This document shows positions 51,068 through 64,000 of a DNA stretch of 64,000 nucleotides, piece after piece. The notes beneath the pieces were generated by a model that was given only the letters and a program-made list of their open reading frames with translations, ran no database searches and was not told the DNA's origin. Source of the stretch: Balanoglossus misakiensis (Eukaryota; Animalia; Hemichordata); the NCBI GenBank assembly GCA_040954595.2, contig CM082593.2, positions 6,479,579 through 6,543,578 of the forward strand, read 5' to 3'. The position numbers and the translations under genes are program-made. The stretch's first letter is position 1; every line of letters begins with the position of its first letter.

Positions 51068-53403
51068 TTATTTTCTTGCTTGTTTCTGTTGTAACATTTC
51101 TCGAATGTTATCTTCACTTTCTTTTATACTGTGTTCTAAGTATTCCTTGTGTGCCTTGGAAAGAAAAAGAAAAAAATGATATAAATAACGTACACATAAC
51201 GAGTTTTGTGAATGTAATAAAGACAACCAAATAACAGGAGTGTAGTAATACTTACTTCAAATCAATCAGTTACTCATATGTTGACCACACATGGCTTGAA
51301 GAATATCGTGAACTATGTTTTTGCTCTTTACGCTACGACTGAATTTACATCTAGCTATATGCGCCTACTAGAACTAGCCGCCATTTTGAATCCCGGCTCT
51401 GTGGCATGCAGTGCAAAATCACTGAGTGAAGTCCGACTGGAAACATCAGTATGAGCCGATTATTTTATAATTCCATGGAGATGAAGTTCCTAACCTTGCT
51501 GTGATTTCACTCGGGCATGTTTTAGATCATATCCCAGAATCTGAGTATATGTAGGCCTACATAATTTACGTAGTGTCTTCTTGGGATAGGCGTATACACA
51601 GTGAATATATGCGCACACACACACACACACACACACTCACACACACACAATACTGCCATGTCCAATGTGCTGCAGCCAAACCCATGCACATAGACAAAGA
51701 CATTCTATGGGGTGTGTTACAAAACACATACTGACCAGCCATTTTCAGGTAAAGCATATGACTGTCTACCTGAGGGAATTCGAGTCACCCCTAAAAAAAC
51801 AGCCTGTTTCCCTCATGAGTATAATGAAATCTCTGCTATAGTATAAGATAAAGCATTCAAGTCCAGTATTCAGTTTGAAAGAAATCAGTCCATTGCAAAC
51901 GTCAATTCTCTTACCTCTAGTGTTTTAATTTTCTCATCTGCTTTGACCACTTTGGCATTGAGTGATTCTACAATTGATGATTTGTCTTGAAGGAGAAACC
52001 TACAGAGATGAAAAGAGAATTTGATAAGATGAAATATTGGACAATCATACCTATGACCGAGTCACCATTTTCAAGCAAATCTTAACTTTTTTTGCACTGA
52101 AACATATTTTTGATAAAGACATCCCACTGACACTAGTACCAGGATATACGGTCATGTAAGGGCCATGGACATTTTCTACTGCACAGCCAAGCCAGCATGG
52201 GTGTGAGGCCCGCTCTAACCCTTCCACCACCATGGTTTGGTCCAAATCCATTGTTTTCTATGGTAAAGTCGGACCTCTATAGTAGGAAGTGGGGGAGTAC
52301 TGTTTAAGTGATGGCGACTCACATTCTGCCAACGCCCTCATACAGCTTGACGTCATCAGGAAGGGTTTTCAGTTCCTCGGCCGTCAGTTTGGCGTGGTGC
52401 TGTTGTCTCTTCAGTGTCTCCTTCTGCGCCTCATCGATTTTGATGTTTTGGGTGGCTTCTATCATCTTAGCCTGGTGGTTCTGAAAGGCCTGCCACAGAA
52501 AAAATAGCATCGCAATGTGTGTCAGTGATGTTGTATGAATTGGACGAACGCCACAGTATGCAAACTTGATCCATGCTTATCTAGAACTTAGAAATACTGT
52601 AGTGTACCAGGTACTTTGACAGGGGCCAAACATAGACTCTCTCACAACCCCTCTCGCGCCATCCATGCAGGCTTATGGTCTGATTGCATGTGTGCCCGCT
52701 ACACAACACCATATGGGGTTCTCCTTTGCTAAACAGTTGAGTGAAGAGCCTTGTAGTGAACCGTGGGCTGTGAGAGAGTCTGGGGCCAAACAGTACACAG
52801 CACTTTATCACAGGAACTACAGCTATACTTATTCTGCCTGAATCCCATTTCATTGTACCTATCAACCCTTCCCTTCTCTAGACGCCCAAAATTACCACAG
52901 AAAACAATGGATTTGGACCAAACCACAGCACTGACAGGGTTTGTTCACCTCTCAGATATATCAACTTGCGTTGGGCCAGCAATGGTCAGGTAGGGTTGAA
53001 AAGGACGACCGATTTTCGGTTATCAACATGTCAACAAAGCGCCCCATGCATGTCTATGTGCTAAATAATGCTCGTTTGCTGTGGGTCATCCGTCCTATGA
53101 CACCCAGCCACCCCGCCGGTTGCATTATACTAGTACACAGTCACTACAGACATGTGAAGGAGTGAGTCTTCGTATCTGGTCTGACAGCATGCACACAACG
53201 CTGAGCTACATAGAAACCAAACCAGCGAGTATAGACGTCCCCTGAACCATATCACGTCATTTTGGCAAACGGTATCGCAGTATCTGCACCAGATATCGAT
53301 CAGGTCTTGTTCGACAATCAATTGAATGAAGCTGCGCACAGTCAACAGCCCCTTTTCTCACCTTTTTCAGCTCCATGTCAACGGGAAGACCGTAGGCCGC
53401 CAT
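51068..53403 (-). CDS. PFDN1: Prefoldin subunit 1, 4 exons, 126 aa
   Basis: Exons 53362-53403, 52323-52489, 51915-51999, 51068-51154. Peptide MAAYGLPVDMELKKAFQNHQAKMIEATQNIKIDEAQKETLKRQQHHAKLTAEELKTLPDDVKLYEGVGRMFLLQDKSSIVESLNAKVVKADEKIKTLEAHKEYLEHSIKESEDNIREMLQQKQARK* matches PFDN1 hallmarks (PVDLELKKAF, YEGVGRMF, EDNIREML). Confidence 0.95.
52233..52925. repeat. Two inverted copies of a short interspersed repeat flanking PFDN1 exon 2
   Basis: TGGTTTGGTCCAAATCCATTGTTTTCTATGGTAA (52233-52266) and its reverse complement at 52892-52925, 33/34 identity. Confidence 0.85.
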
Positions 53404-54181
53404 TTTGATATTGGAATTTTTACCTCTTTTTAGGTCGTTAGAGGGCGCTGTCAAATCCCATGACGGACACTCATGGACATCGACACGCATGTTTAATCTT
53501 TGACACAATCCCTCAAAGAAAGCTGCTGATATACGATTTTCAACCGAAAAAGTTGGGCCTTAACGATATATTGATACTAGTACTGTTTCTGAGTTCGAGC
53601 ATATCCAAGGCTTAAACAATATTAATTTTGTCAATGGCACAAAGTTACTATTCAGTTACAATAATTTTTGGGCATAATAGCGAGACTGAAAGAACAATAC
53701 ATTCTTTCTCTGACACGGAAATATTACTGGCATGTTATGTTTGTTGTACATGTATTTGTTAGTGGACGGAGAGGTCCCACATCCACGATAATTATACCGG
53801 GTGACGACATGTACATGCTGAGATTTAAGCTTGTGGTCATTTTGTCTGTATCACTGCCATGCATGGGCGGGCGTATGGACGACCAATGGTTTAGTAGAAC
53901 CGTTTAGTAGGTGGATGAGTGTAGGCCTATTCATGGGTGAATGGGTGAATTTATGGTAGTAGGTTGCTTGCGCCTCAAAACTCTGGTGAAGAGCCGAAAG
54001 GCCTAGGGTGCATGAATGATTTGACCTGTGTGCATCGTATGAATGTGCGCCCTCTAATTTCTCCACGGTCGTTACCAACGTTTCTGTCAAGCAGTGACTA
54101 CATACTTTCTGTGGGGCATGCGTTGGATTAATGAAAACCACGGATGGCCATGGATTTATGGGTGGGAGGATCGATCAGATT

Positions 54182-54305
54182 GGATGGATGGATGGATGGA
54201 TGGATGGATGGATGGATGGATGGATGGATATATCGGTTGGCTGGCTGGTTGGCTGGCTGGTTGGTTGGTTGGTTGGTTGGTTGGTTGGTTGGTTGGTTGG
54301 TTGGT
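54182..54305. repeat. (GGAT)n(GGCT/GGTT)n microsatellite
   Basis: Directly visible; explains the WMDG/WLVG ORFs. Confidence 0.95.
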
Positions 54306-55245
54306 TTCAAATCAATCAGATGTTCCAGAGTTTGCCTTTTTCAATTGGTACGGCAAAATTTTTATCTGATTTTTTTTTCTCAGGGCACTGTTCACAAAAC
54401 ACTCCCGACGTCATCGCCACGCGTTACACTATCAATTCTCTATCAAGATATGTAGAGAGTCAGCACGCATCGATCAATTAATCCGACCGGCCGAAGTAAA
54501 TAGGGCATACTGTTTAACAATTAAGATTGTATGAATAATACAAAACGATCAGCCCTGGGAGGAAAGAAATATTGAGTACACAGTGGATGTTTTGTACAGT
54601 GCTTTTGCGTCCGTGGGTTTTTTACTGGTTGACTTGCTTTCTGACGTAAATACGTTCAGCCACTCAGCGTTGAAATCAACCGGCACGGTATAATATGATT
54701 TAATAGGACTTTACTTAACATCAAACAGTAGCAATTGATCCATCCCTTCAAGTTACTGAAGACATCTACACGCACATTCCCCGCGCGCATCATTCCTTCG
54801 CGGTTGCTGTGGTGATACATCCGCCATAGCGCATGCGCCAATTGCCGAAATTGAAAGCAGTGACATTTTTTTCTCTCATTTAAAACCTTTCTTTCTTTCA
54901 TGACCATCTTCACAGTGACACTATTAGCTCTGAAAACTAGACTGCGTTTTTTTATTGAATCATGTTTCGCTTTGTAAAGAAATAAGAAATTATGGCATAA
55001 TTCCCGGTTGGTTTTGCCTTGTGTGTCCGCGGTATTGGAGTTGAACACGTCCTGGGATCGATAAAAAATAGGCACTATTTATTGCTCTTTCTAGTCCAGG
55101 TGAACCAGTTCTAACGGCGTCGTTTATATAGTGAGTGTGACAAGATAAAGAAAAAGTTTGGAGTGTAGGCTGAGTCAAGTTGGTCCAGGAGAGGCGAACA
55201 TCCGGGTCACGTTGAGGACAGTTCCGACAACTGGATGAGCTGACC

Positions 55246-55252
55246 ATGGAAG
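55246..55252 (+). CDS. Possible first coding micro-exon (M-E-phase 1) of an unidentified downstream gene
   Basis: Ideal Kozak ACCATGG immediately followed by a consensus donor AAG|GTGAGT, with TATA-like TTTATATA ~120 nt upstream. No downstream exon was recognised within the window. Confidence 0.3.
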
Positions 55253-58200
55253 GTGAGTGAGGGTGGAATGTGTAAGTTTATGTTATACGGCACCGCGTAT
55301 TGATTTTGCGATAAATCATCCGGTTAATGAGGAGGCAGACGCTCGCTTTGAGGGATGTTTAAGTCGGGCCCGAGACCGCGGTGAGAGATATAGGCTGTCA
55401 GTCATAGCGGCGGCGCGTGGGCAACACATCCGCCGGAGTTGTCGAGTCATCGGCTGTGCGCGCACGCACTCACAAAGCCTCCGACGGCAGCCAGCGCTGA
55501 TACCACGGGTGGGGACTTTTGCAAGACTGGTGGTAAAACACTATGATAGCTGGGGAGATATTTTGATAAAGCTGAACACACATCGCAACTGGCAACATGT
55601 CTGGCGGTTACGGAGAATGTAAGTAGCTCTTCACCGTGCATTTAGTTTCTGCCATGAAAATAACTGCGCACTTTCGCAGCTTGTGTTTTTTCTGTTTTCC
55701 CCGCTGGGAATTTGAAACACAATTGCCACGGTTTACCTTAAACTCGTCTACAATGATCGATTAAGTCCATCTATACCTTTATTCGATACAAATGAACCTC
55801 AGACCGACGAAACTTCCGAAAATTTCAAAACAACGCATTTGTTATAAGTGATGGGACGAGAATCGCGCTACCTGGGGGAATTGGAGCTTTAGTTTTCATT
55901 AATGTCCATGGCAACCAGACGATATTTTTCAAAGTTGTCGTGTGTTCCGACCTTGGGATGAAAAGAAGTTCGTTATCGGTGATAACTAATGCATTAAGAC
56001 ATAAAGGATTAGTTCATAATAATGCAAAAAGATGCTATTATACTACGGTTCGCGAAGTCGTACGCGCGAGGGAGTTTTGTATCTTCACATATGCAAGACG
56101 AATATATCGGAAAGAAGTCCGCTTGCTTGATTATTGACTCTATGAAACTTCGGATACGTGTGTTCAAACACATTCAACCAGTGAACGGTCGTTTCCAGAT
56201 TAATGGTTTCTGATATGAGAGGATTGCAAAGGATAGGGAAGTTTTAATCTTATACTGATGTACTGCGAAGACACGCACCGTGACGTACACTATACGGGTG
56301 CCTGTGTATAATGTTATACTATGGTAAAATAAGCAAATCATGAATGCGCGACATTGAGACATCGCATACGGATGTATCCACTAAGATCATAGTTTAAGAA
56401 CAGCTTGAAGACAATTATAATCAACTCGCGACAAAATCGCCCAACTTCTGTTTGTACGTATCGCCGAGGAAGCATTCCGGCATTCTCCAACTCAGCGTCG
56501 ATAAGATCAAGCCCCCTGGACTTGATTGATGGCGTTTGCCGACGACAAAGTCCATTACGGCGGAACCGGCGCGCGTGCGACGCAGCGTCTTCTGCTGTCA
56601 CGCCAGAGTAGCCTAATCGCCGAGGTTTGAGAGGAAATTCACTATCGCTCGACGGTGCATCCATGCTGTATACGCCCCTGACGCGATGATCGCAGAGAAA
56701 CCCGAGAGAAAAAGTGAAAGTTGTACGAGTCTGGCAAGACTTCTGTCACGTGTCTGATGGGGAGGGGGAGGGGGTATGATGCATGAAGTCTGTTATACGA
56801 TGGGGTTTTGAAAGAATTTGCATGGAAACAGCTATTCCTGTCGTTTGCTTGAAACCCAGGTATCGCCATTTTAGGCATTGCTAACAATATAAGTTGTGTC
56901 AGCTATGACAAGCCTATCGCACCTTTAACAGCGCCCGCATCACTGCACACTAAAACTAAAGGGTCGTTATTGCATTGGTACGCTGTATAACGTGCATGGC
57001 GAGTTAACGGCAGTTACGGTATACGAGCGACCGCTTTTGTTGTTCGTTTAGATCATCGTCATTAACGTATTACGCCGAAAAACGATCTGTGATGACAGAA
57101 ATGATTGTAATTAAGTTATCAAGTTGAGTGCACGATCTTCCACTACCAACGACGCCCAAGCCTTCCATCGCGGCGCAAAGGAAACGACCGACTAGGAGAT
57201 TACTGGCTGTTTTTCAACATCGCATTAAATTGATTCAGTTTGGTTTACGTCCGTATCCTATTCATTGATTCGGACATAAAACGACACGAAAACCCTTTTG
57301 TGGACTTTGATGTAGCCTTCTGTCAACCGGAAATCAATCGAACGAGTTACAGAAATATGGTGTACGTCGTTCAGTGCAGGAATAGCTGTTCACCGACTCC
57401 GCTTAAGCCAATTCCGAAACACGATATCGTCTTTTGATCCGCGCCTCGCCAATAATCGCCGCGTTTGCAGATAAGAAAACCAAACATCGATCGATGAATA
57501 TGATTATGTACAGTCAGAGTTGTATCTCATATATATATTAGCACTAAATGTCTCTATTTTCTCTCTGCTGCGGTTTAATTAAACTCTATTGTAGGAACAT
57601 CGGCAACGCTGAGCAAATAGCACTGGGAAAAGTTGACACTGATCGGCTAAGCTAAGAAACGCGTATAGCTTTTCGTCCGTGGCAGATCATCGGCATCGTA
57701 AAGTCGCCACGTCAAAAAATCGAAAGTCAAACTATTTTCAACCTTGGCGGTGCATTTGTTCTAATTTTCTCCAGCTTGCCGAGTCCGTATTAGGCAAAAC
57801 GGTAATTCGAAGCAAATGGACTACATTCGCGTCACGGTTAAAAGTGAAAAACAATATCGACCACGGTCATATTTGATGGTTTTACTTCCATTAAGGAAAG
57901 TCACCCCAACATGCATGAACGTGTTCATCTTCACGTGTGAAGTGAAGCGCACTGAACGTTTCGTTTTCCATATTTGGCATGGCTTGCCGTTCTGTATTCC
58001 ATATTGCCTTGCGTGAGCCGACCGCGTGACGAGGTGTGGGTGTAGGGGTTAGGCAAGGCGGGCGTGTAAAGTTTTAGATATGGTGGCGATGGGTTAATGG
58101 GAATCTTGTGGCTGGTTTGTGGGTGGGGTGGGGTGGGGTGGGGTGGGTGAAATGGGGTGGGTGTGGCCAGAGGAGTCTGTGACGGCTATCGGGGGTTATT

Positions 58201-61200
58201 GGCTGTGTGCAGAGATGGGTCCATAGGAAGCAAAGAGGGCGTGGTACAGCTAGATGGGTCTGATGAAAAGTGGAGGGCGAGAAGCAGAGACGCGTAGGGG
58301 GGGAGAGGTAAAGTAAAGGGGTCGCGTACAGGTACACATGCATTGACAAATGACGCAAGGACAACCTAAGACAGAAATACAAACTGCGCGGGAGAAGCAC
58401 ATGCAGGCGGAGAGAAACTTAAAAATAAAATTCGAGCGAAAAATGCATAACTAAAAACACATCAAACCACGTCACAATTCATAGCGATTTGACACTAGGT
58501 CAGTTTCATTGATGGAAATAATGTTCTCGAACAATATATCCGTGACAAAGCTACGCGGTTTTAATGCAGTAACTCGCTATCGTGGCTCTCTTTCTCTTTC
58601 ACTCAATCCGTACATTGGCTAATGTCCTTTCATCGCGCCTTTCTCCCCAATTCGCCAGAGATTTTCTAAGTAGCTAAGTCCATTATGGTTATAAGTTACC
58701 TAATATAAATAATGTGATATTTACTTTTCACGGAAATTTCATGAAAACAGATTGATCCTTTAGAAATTCTCTGTCTGCCTGTAATTTTCGACACAAAGCG
58801 TTCCTTTGAAGTGCCATGAATACTACAGTATGTACCGATCACCAATCTCCCGCCAAAATTACTTGTATTCCATTACGCATTATTGCATTAAATTGATGTT
58901 GGACTTTTCATATACTTTCCTTTCCTTTGCGAAGATTTGTTCTGTTAATTTCTTTTGAAACCTTCGACAAAAGTGATTACATTAACAAATATTAAATGCA
59001 TATACGAAGTTTAACATTAAAATGGGGAAACCATGAATAGCTGGTGTATGTATGATTTTTCGGTCGCATATGGCGAAGTTCTGTTTTGGCTAACCTTCCC
59101 TTGAAGAATGAAATACTAGTACGTTCCTGCCAAATTACGCGTGAGTCTGTAATTTTTGGTTGTGTACAAATCCATTTTATCAGTTTTAAAAATGTATCAT
59201 ATTCAAAAATTTACCACCCGATGTATTTTGGATACGATTAAGTTTGAAAACAGAGGTTCAAAGTTTGCAGGCTATAGCTTGCTATTTTAATGATTGCAAA
59301 AACGTGAAAAAGGGACGCTGCTTGAGCAATTTAAAAGTTCACACAGGGCCAACTGCAGAAAATGACGATGAACTAATCAAAGAAGTAAATTCCGATTTCG
59401 TTTAAATACTCCAAATAGGCTCTTTCTGTCGTTATCTTATCGACGGCAAAATTTCAAAAACTCATCATCATTTATCAACGGATTTAATCAATGCGAGAAG
59501 TGATTTTCAGACATCCTCTATTAAGATCTCCAAAAGTTAAGATTAGTTGTTCATTACAAAGCTGCCAATCCATTGAATTCCCGTCATTCAAGGTTTCTTG
59601 ATTTCAGAGTGACCTTCGACCCGAGATCATTTACATTTAATAACGTAACACGACGCTGAAATGGCGAGTCTGTGCGTCTGGGCGCACTCATCTTTCGCGC
59701 GTCAGTGGTTTCCCCGCTCTCACAACCTCTAAAAGCCAATCAACATTACGTGTCCTTCTCAATAAACCATTTCCTTGAAAATCATCTCGTTAAAGTGCAA
59801 TCAGTTTTAACAGTGCAATTGGCAAGCTTCGAATAATAACTTTCAATCGTAGCGCATTCTGACTACAACCAAGTTTTTAAAAAAAAGCTGACAAACCCCA
59901 GGGACTGCGCTTCTTTTTGTATTGACCGAAAATTCCAGACTTTTTTCGTTTTTTGATACACATACGGCCTTTGATTGTAAATTTTCATTAAGGCGACAGC
60001 GTACTAGTATTACATGTGTTATCAATTCCCACTGCATCCCACTTGCCGACTTAGAGGGAGTGAAACGCAGTCGAGTTTGGCAGCTTTTCCGGATTTGACA
60101 TTACCTCGAGGTGTAGGCTTGACGAAGTGGATTTCTAGGGTTTGTTTGTTGGCAGGACATATCTCCACCAAATAACTTCCAGAGTGCTGCTGGTAAATCT
60201 TTAAGAGTCGTGATTTCGCTTTACCACTGTGAATGTAACAAAATATAAGAACAAATATTATTGTACACCCCGTCGCAAGGAAGAAAACTTATAAGTTCCC
60301 ACACTTCAATATTCGGATGTCGTACATGTATCAACTTACATGGTGCGTAAAGAATATGGAGATTAGGCAAATTTTCACAGCAAATCTTTAATTTCCGATC
60401 GCTGATGGTTTTTATGACTGTTTACACTAGTTTGAAATGACAATTGCGTTTCCAAGGAAACAGCAGACACATATGAATCGATAAACGCTAAGTTCAAAGA
60501 GCCGTTGAAACACGCGAACGGGATTTCCCGTTGTTTCGCCTTGCCCCTGCGGGTACAGGCAGAATTATTCCAGGATTTGTATTTCAAAATTGCGGGATAA
60601 CTTTCGCGTTATGCTTATAGCTGCAGACACAGTACTGATATCTCGAGCTCGACGTCATCTTCTGGATATCAAGAATTGTCGCTTACACGAAGGAACGCAA
60701 CAGTAGCAGGAATACGAGAGTGCGTGCAGTTTTAGCAAACTTGGTGGTGTATTGAGTCCGCAGACAATGACGAGGAAACGAAATCGATCGGCGTTTGTTG
60801 TATCCGTCATATACGGTGTTCACGTTTGACTTCCTATTATTAGTCGTGACACCAAAGTTTGAGGAGTGACCGTGCGCATATGTGAAAACACATATTGCAC
60901 TCAGATGATAAACGTGGCAAACAAACAAATCGGTCTCAGCCCGGCGATTACCCGAAAAAAACACTGAAGAAACCTACGTATTAAACTATATTTTAAATAG
61001 GGCGTCATAAAGTGTCATTACACACGGCATACAGATTGATCTAACACTTGGCAGGATGTCTGAAGTGCGTCGTTTTCAGTACGACTTGTTGTTAACAATC
61101 AAAATTGGGTGTGACGAAGAAATGTCAGTAACTTAGACTCTATCTGAAAAGGTGAAGCGTATACTCTCTTTAAACACCGTTCCACAAAATAGCGATGTCC

Positions 61201-64000
61201 TTTTACCCTTTGAGTGTATTTTTGAGAGCTCGACTTATTTATTTGTGCAGTTTTAACCTTTCCTTGTTAATATTTTTACCATTTTACTTCGCCCCTTAAT
61301 GCCTCTACCCCAATTTAAAATCTCCGCCTTCAATCAATGCAGTCTTAGATTCAGTATATTGACAGATTTACAGACAGAATATATAAAAAAAAACATTTAA
61401 GTCGATGAAAGGTTGCTTATCCACACGTTGCTCTCAATAACATTGTAACATATTCGATAATTCTTTTCGCATGCAGATTTGCTTAAAACATCCGCGTATG
61501 TTTTCACATCCACAGTTCTAAACATATTCGATTAAACGGTTAACGGCGTGCGAAATAGTGGCTGATTTCTTATATTAAACGTTTGTAACAAGAATTCGTA
61601 TTGATTTATGTCTCTGAAATCCTCTCTGAACAAAGCACGACTCACCAACGGGTAAATATTGCACCTTGAAGGCCTATTTAGTTCTTTTGTATTGAATTGT
61701 TCATTCGAAGGAGCATTGCTTATTACATAAGGGAGGAGCCTGGTTTATCTATTGGGGGGGGGGGGGTAGAAGGACAGTGTAGGAATACAGTGATGACAAC
61801 GTCGAGTGTATTCGAGTGCTGTGCTGTGATGTGCTGTGCTACTTCCATGACAAAAACTCTGCACTCATTTTTCTAGAAGCCACTAGATATTTACGATGTA
61901 TAGACCGTAAAACGCAAAGCGTAATTTAATATAATCATTAAATGTTATCAAAACATAAAACACAAAGAAGCATATGAGCAATTAATACACAAAGAGTGAT
62001 GATTGTAGTCAGTAACTGGAAAATTAAAATTGCTAGATTAGTATTTCACGCTCGGCAGGAAATAGGCGAAGCAGTTTGCAAACTCAAGCGCGAAGACATA
62101 CATTTTGTCTATTCAAATAGTTGGCTTGTTTGAGTCGAGCCTTTGAAAGTTTTTTAAAATTACAATTACCGACACAAAGTTCGCCAAGACTGTTTTAAAA
62201 ATCAAACAGACTTGTTCATTGAATTTGGACACAGATGTGACAGCCATCAATTACTGTAGAATGAATGGGGGAAATATTCATTGGGTTTTAATCGTATGGG
62301 CACTGAATGGCCGTTGAGAATGGGGGTAGTGGCGCAGAAAAGGGCAACGAATCTTCAGCTTGTTTAATTTTATCATGTGAATGAAACCCCGAGAGCGCGC
62401 GCTGAAGAGACGTGACCCGTTTGGTATGCGCGTGGTGAGGACGGACAATTGTCCGTCAATGAAAGGAGAGAAAAAAATCAACTTCTTCGGATCGTCGACC
62501 AACTTAATCGGAATTTGATTAACCGCGCATTTCGGAAATTAATCAAGTATTTCTGATAACAGAGAACTCTAAATGGACTAAAATAATGAATATGCTGGCG
62601 ATTATGGATATCATTGTGAGCAAATTGCATCTAAATTTGGTTTAGTTGACAGCTGTCAATGTAGCCAATATGCCGGGTATTGTGTTCGGAAAATATGAAA
62701 GGAGACGCCATTGTTTGGTCGGACAGTAATTTTCCATTTGAATCCACTTTTCCAGCTTCCGTTCTGCATTTCCCGGCATGTAACTTGATGGTTTATAGTG
62801 GTGGATGAATGCTGCGCCATGGAAAAATAGAGACAAATAGAGATATTTTCTCTGTGCTGCTATCTTAACACGAGAAGTTATTTCCGCGAAATTTCCTCCA
62901 AGCTAAGTTATCCTGAATATCATTTTGTATATATCTGAAGGCCATATTGAAGTGTGTAAACGTGTACACATGTGGATATATGCATGGAAACCGTCTATTG
63001 ATTAAATGATACAATGGTTTCTTCGCATGATTGTCGGCGGTTTTCCAACAAATTAACACTACACAGGTAGATGTAAAACGGTACAGTGAAACACAACGCA
63101 TGCGCATCGCAAGGAAAGCAAACGGAACGCAAATATGTACATGTACTTCGTTCTTCTTTTTATCCGTTTTCCATTCTTGATTTTTCGGAAATTTTCAACA
63201 AAGAATGTATTACATACTTGGCATTTATTCGAGGGGAGACAACCGCGTTGACAGTGTAATACGACAGATCGAAATACATTCTGCAAGTGTGGCGGTCAGA
63301 TATACGCAATGAAACCCCTCCCCCACTCCCAAATATGCCCCTCCCCTATGCCAAATGGGTTATCCCTTAACGAGTATCCAGGACGCGCTGAATGTGTTGG
63401 GTCATCTGCGCGCGTCAGGTCTACGTCGTCACCCAAAAATCGCCAAAATCAATCTCCTAGCTATCTCACGAATTCGTCAAAACCTGAATATTTAAGCCGA
63501 TTTCTCAAACTTGAATCTATTTTTTCGCGAGGAAACAGAACTTTCAATCTTCGCGGGGTGATAATTCCAAAATTCAATTCCCAAGCGCGTTATTGAAATT
63601 TGACGTAGGGGAACGCGGACACTGATCTGACAGGGAAACGTGGAAACACATTTGTATTTCGCTGCCCGCTCGATTCGGACGACATCCAAGAGACTGAACG
63701 CTCCGCTGCCTTTCGAGATGACTGCGATAGTACATCTTGGCGCCACAGCGGGTGTGAAAATAAAATCTCAGTGGCCTCTGACCTCCCACTTTCGCACCCA
63801 ACTAACACCAGGCCGTTGAATGTTCATCCGGTCTCAAGGTAGATCATTTGCATAATCGACTCAGGAAACATACCATATCTCTCCCTGTCGTGTGCCAGTG
63901 ATTTTAAAATTATTTCCAACACATAACTCGTAGTGTCGCGACACCCGTCAGAAGCTGGGCTTCCTCGTAAGTTGATGTAGTTTCTATCCTGAGAGGAATT

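Noticed and set aside
54094-54481. WMDG/WLVG ORFs
   Set aside because: (GGAT)n(GGTT)n microsatellite.

Overview
Eukaryotic (animal) genomic DNA with GT-AG introns, AT-rich introns, GC3-rich exons, microsatellites and short non-autonomous DNA transposons. It is probably an invertebrate deuterostome such as a hemichordate, echinoderm or amphioxus; that is inferred and not provable here. I reconstructed four spliced genes by hand with consistent splice phases. (1) The 3' end of TTC12 (+, to 1788). (2) A complete 20-exon Niemann-Pick C1 family sterol transporter (-, 21941->5645, ~1356 aa) whose motifs and exon structure look more like NPC1L1 than NPC1. (3) A complete 17-coding-exon pro-epidermal-growth-factor-like gene (+, 32398->49324, ~1011 aa) with two YWTD propellers, a juxtamembrane EGF module with EGF-identical cysteine spacing, a TM helix and a tyrosine-motif-rich tail. 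(4) Prefoldin subunit 1 (-, 53403->51068, 126 aa). A possible first micro-exon of a fifth gene lies at ~55246. The most notable points are the vertebrate-type EGF precursor next to PFDN1, the NPC1L1-like gene, and several tiny palindromic insertions with 9-bp target duplications, one of which duplicates a splice donor and one of which carries a nested Harbinger-type MITE. Homologue comparisons are from memory of human proteins, not from database searches. Most ORFs in the supplied track are noise, shadows of real exons or microsatellite translations.
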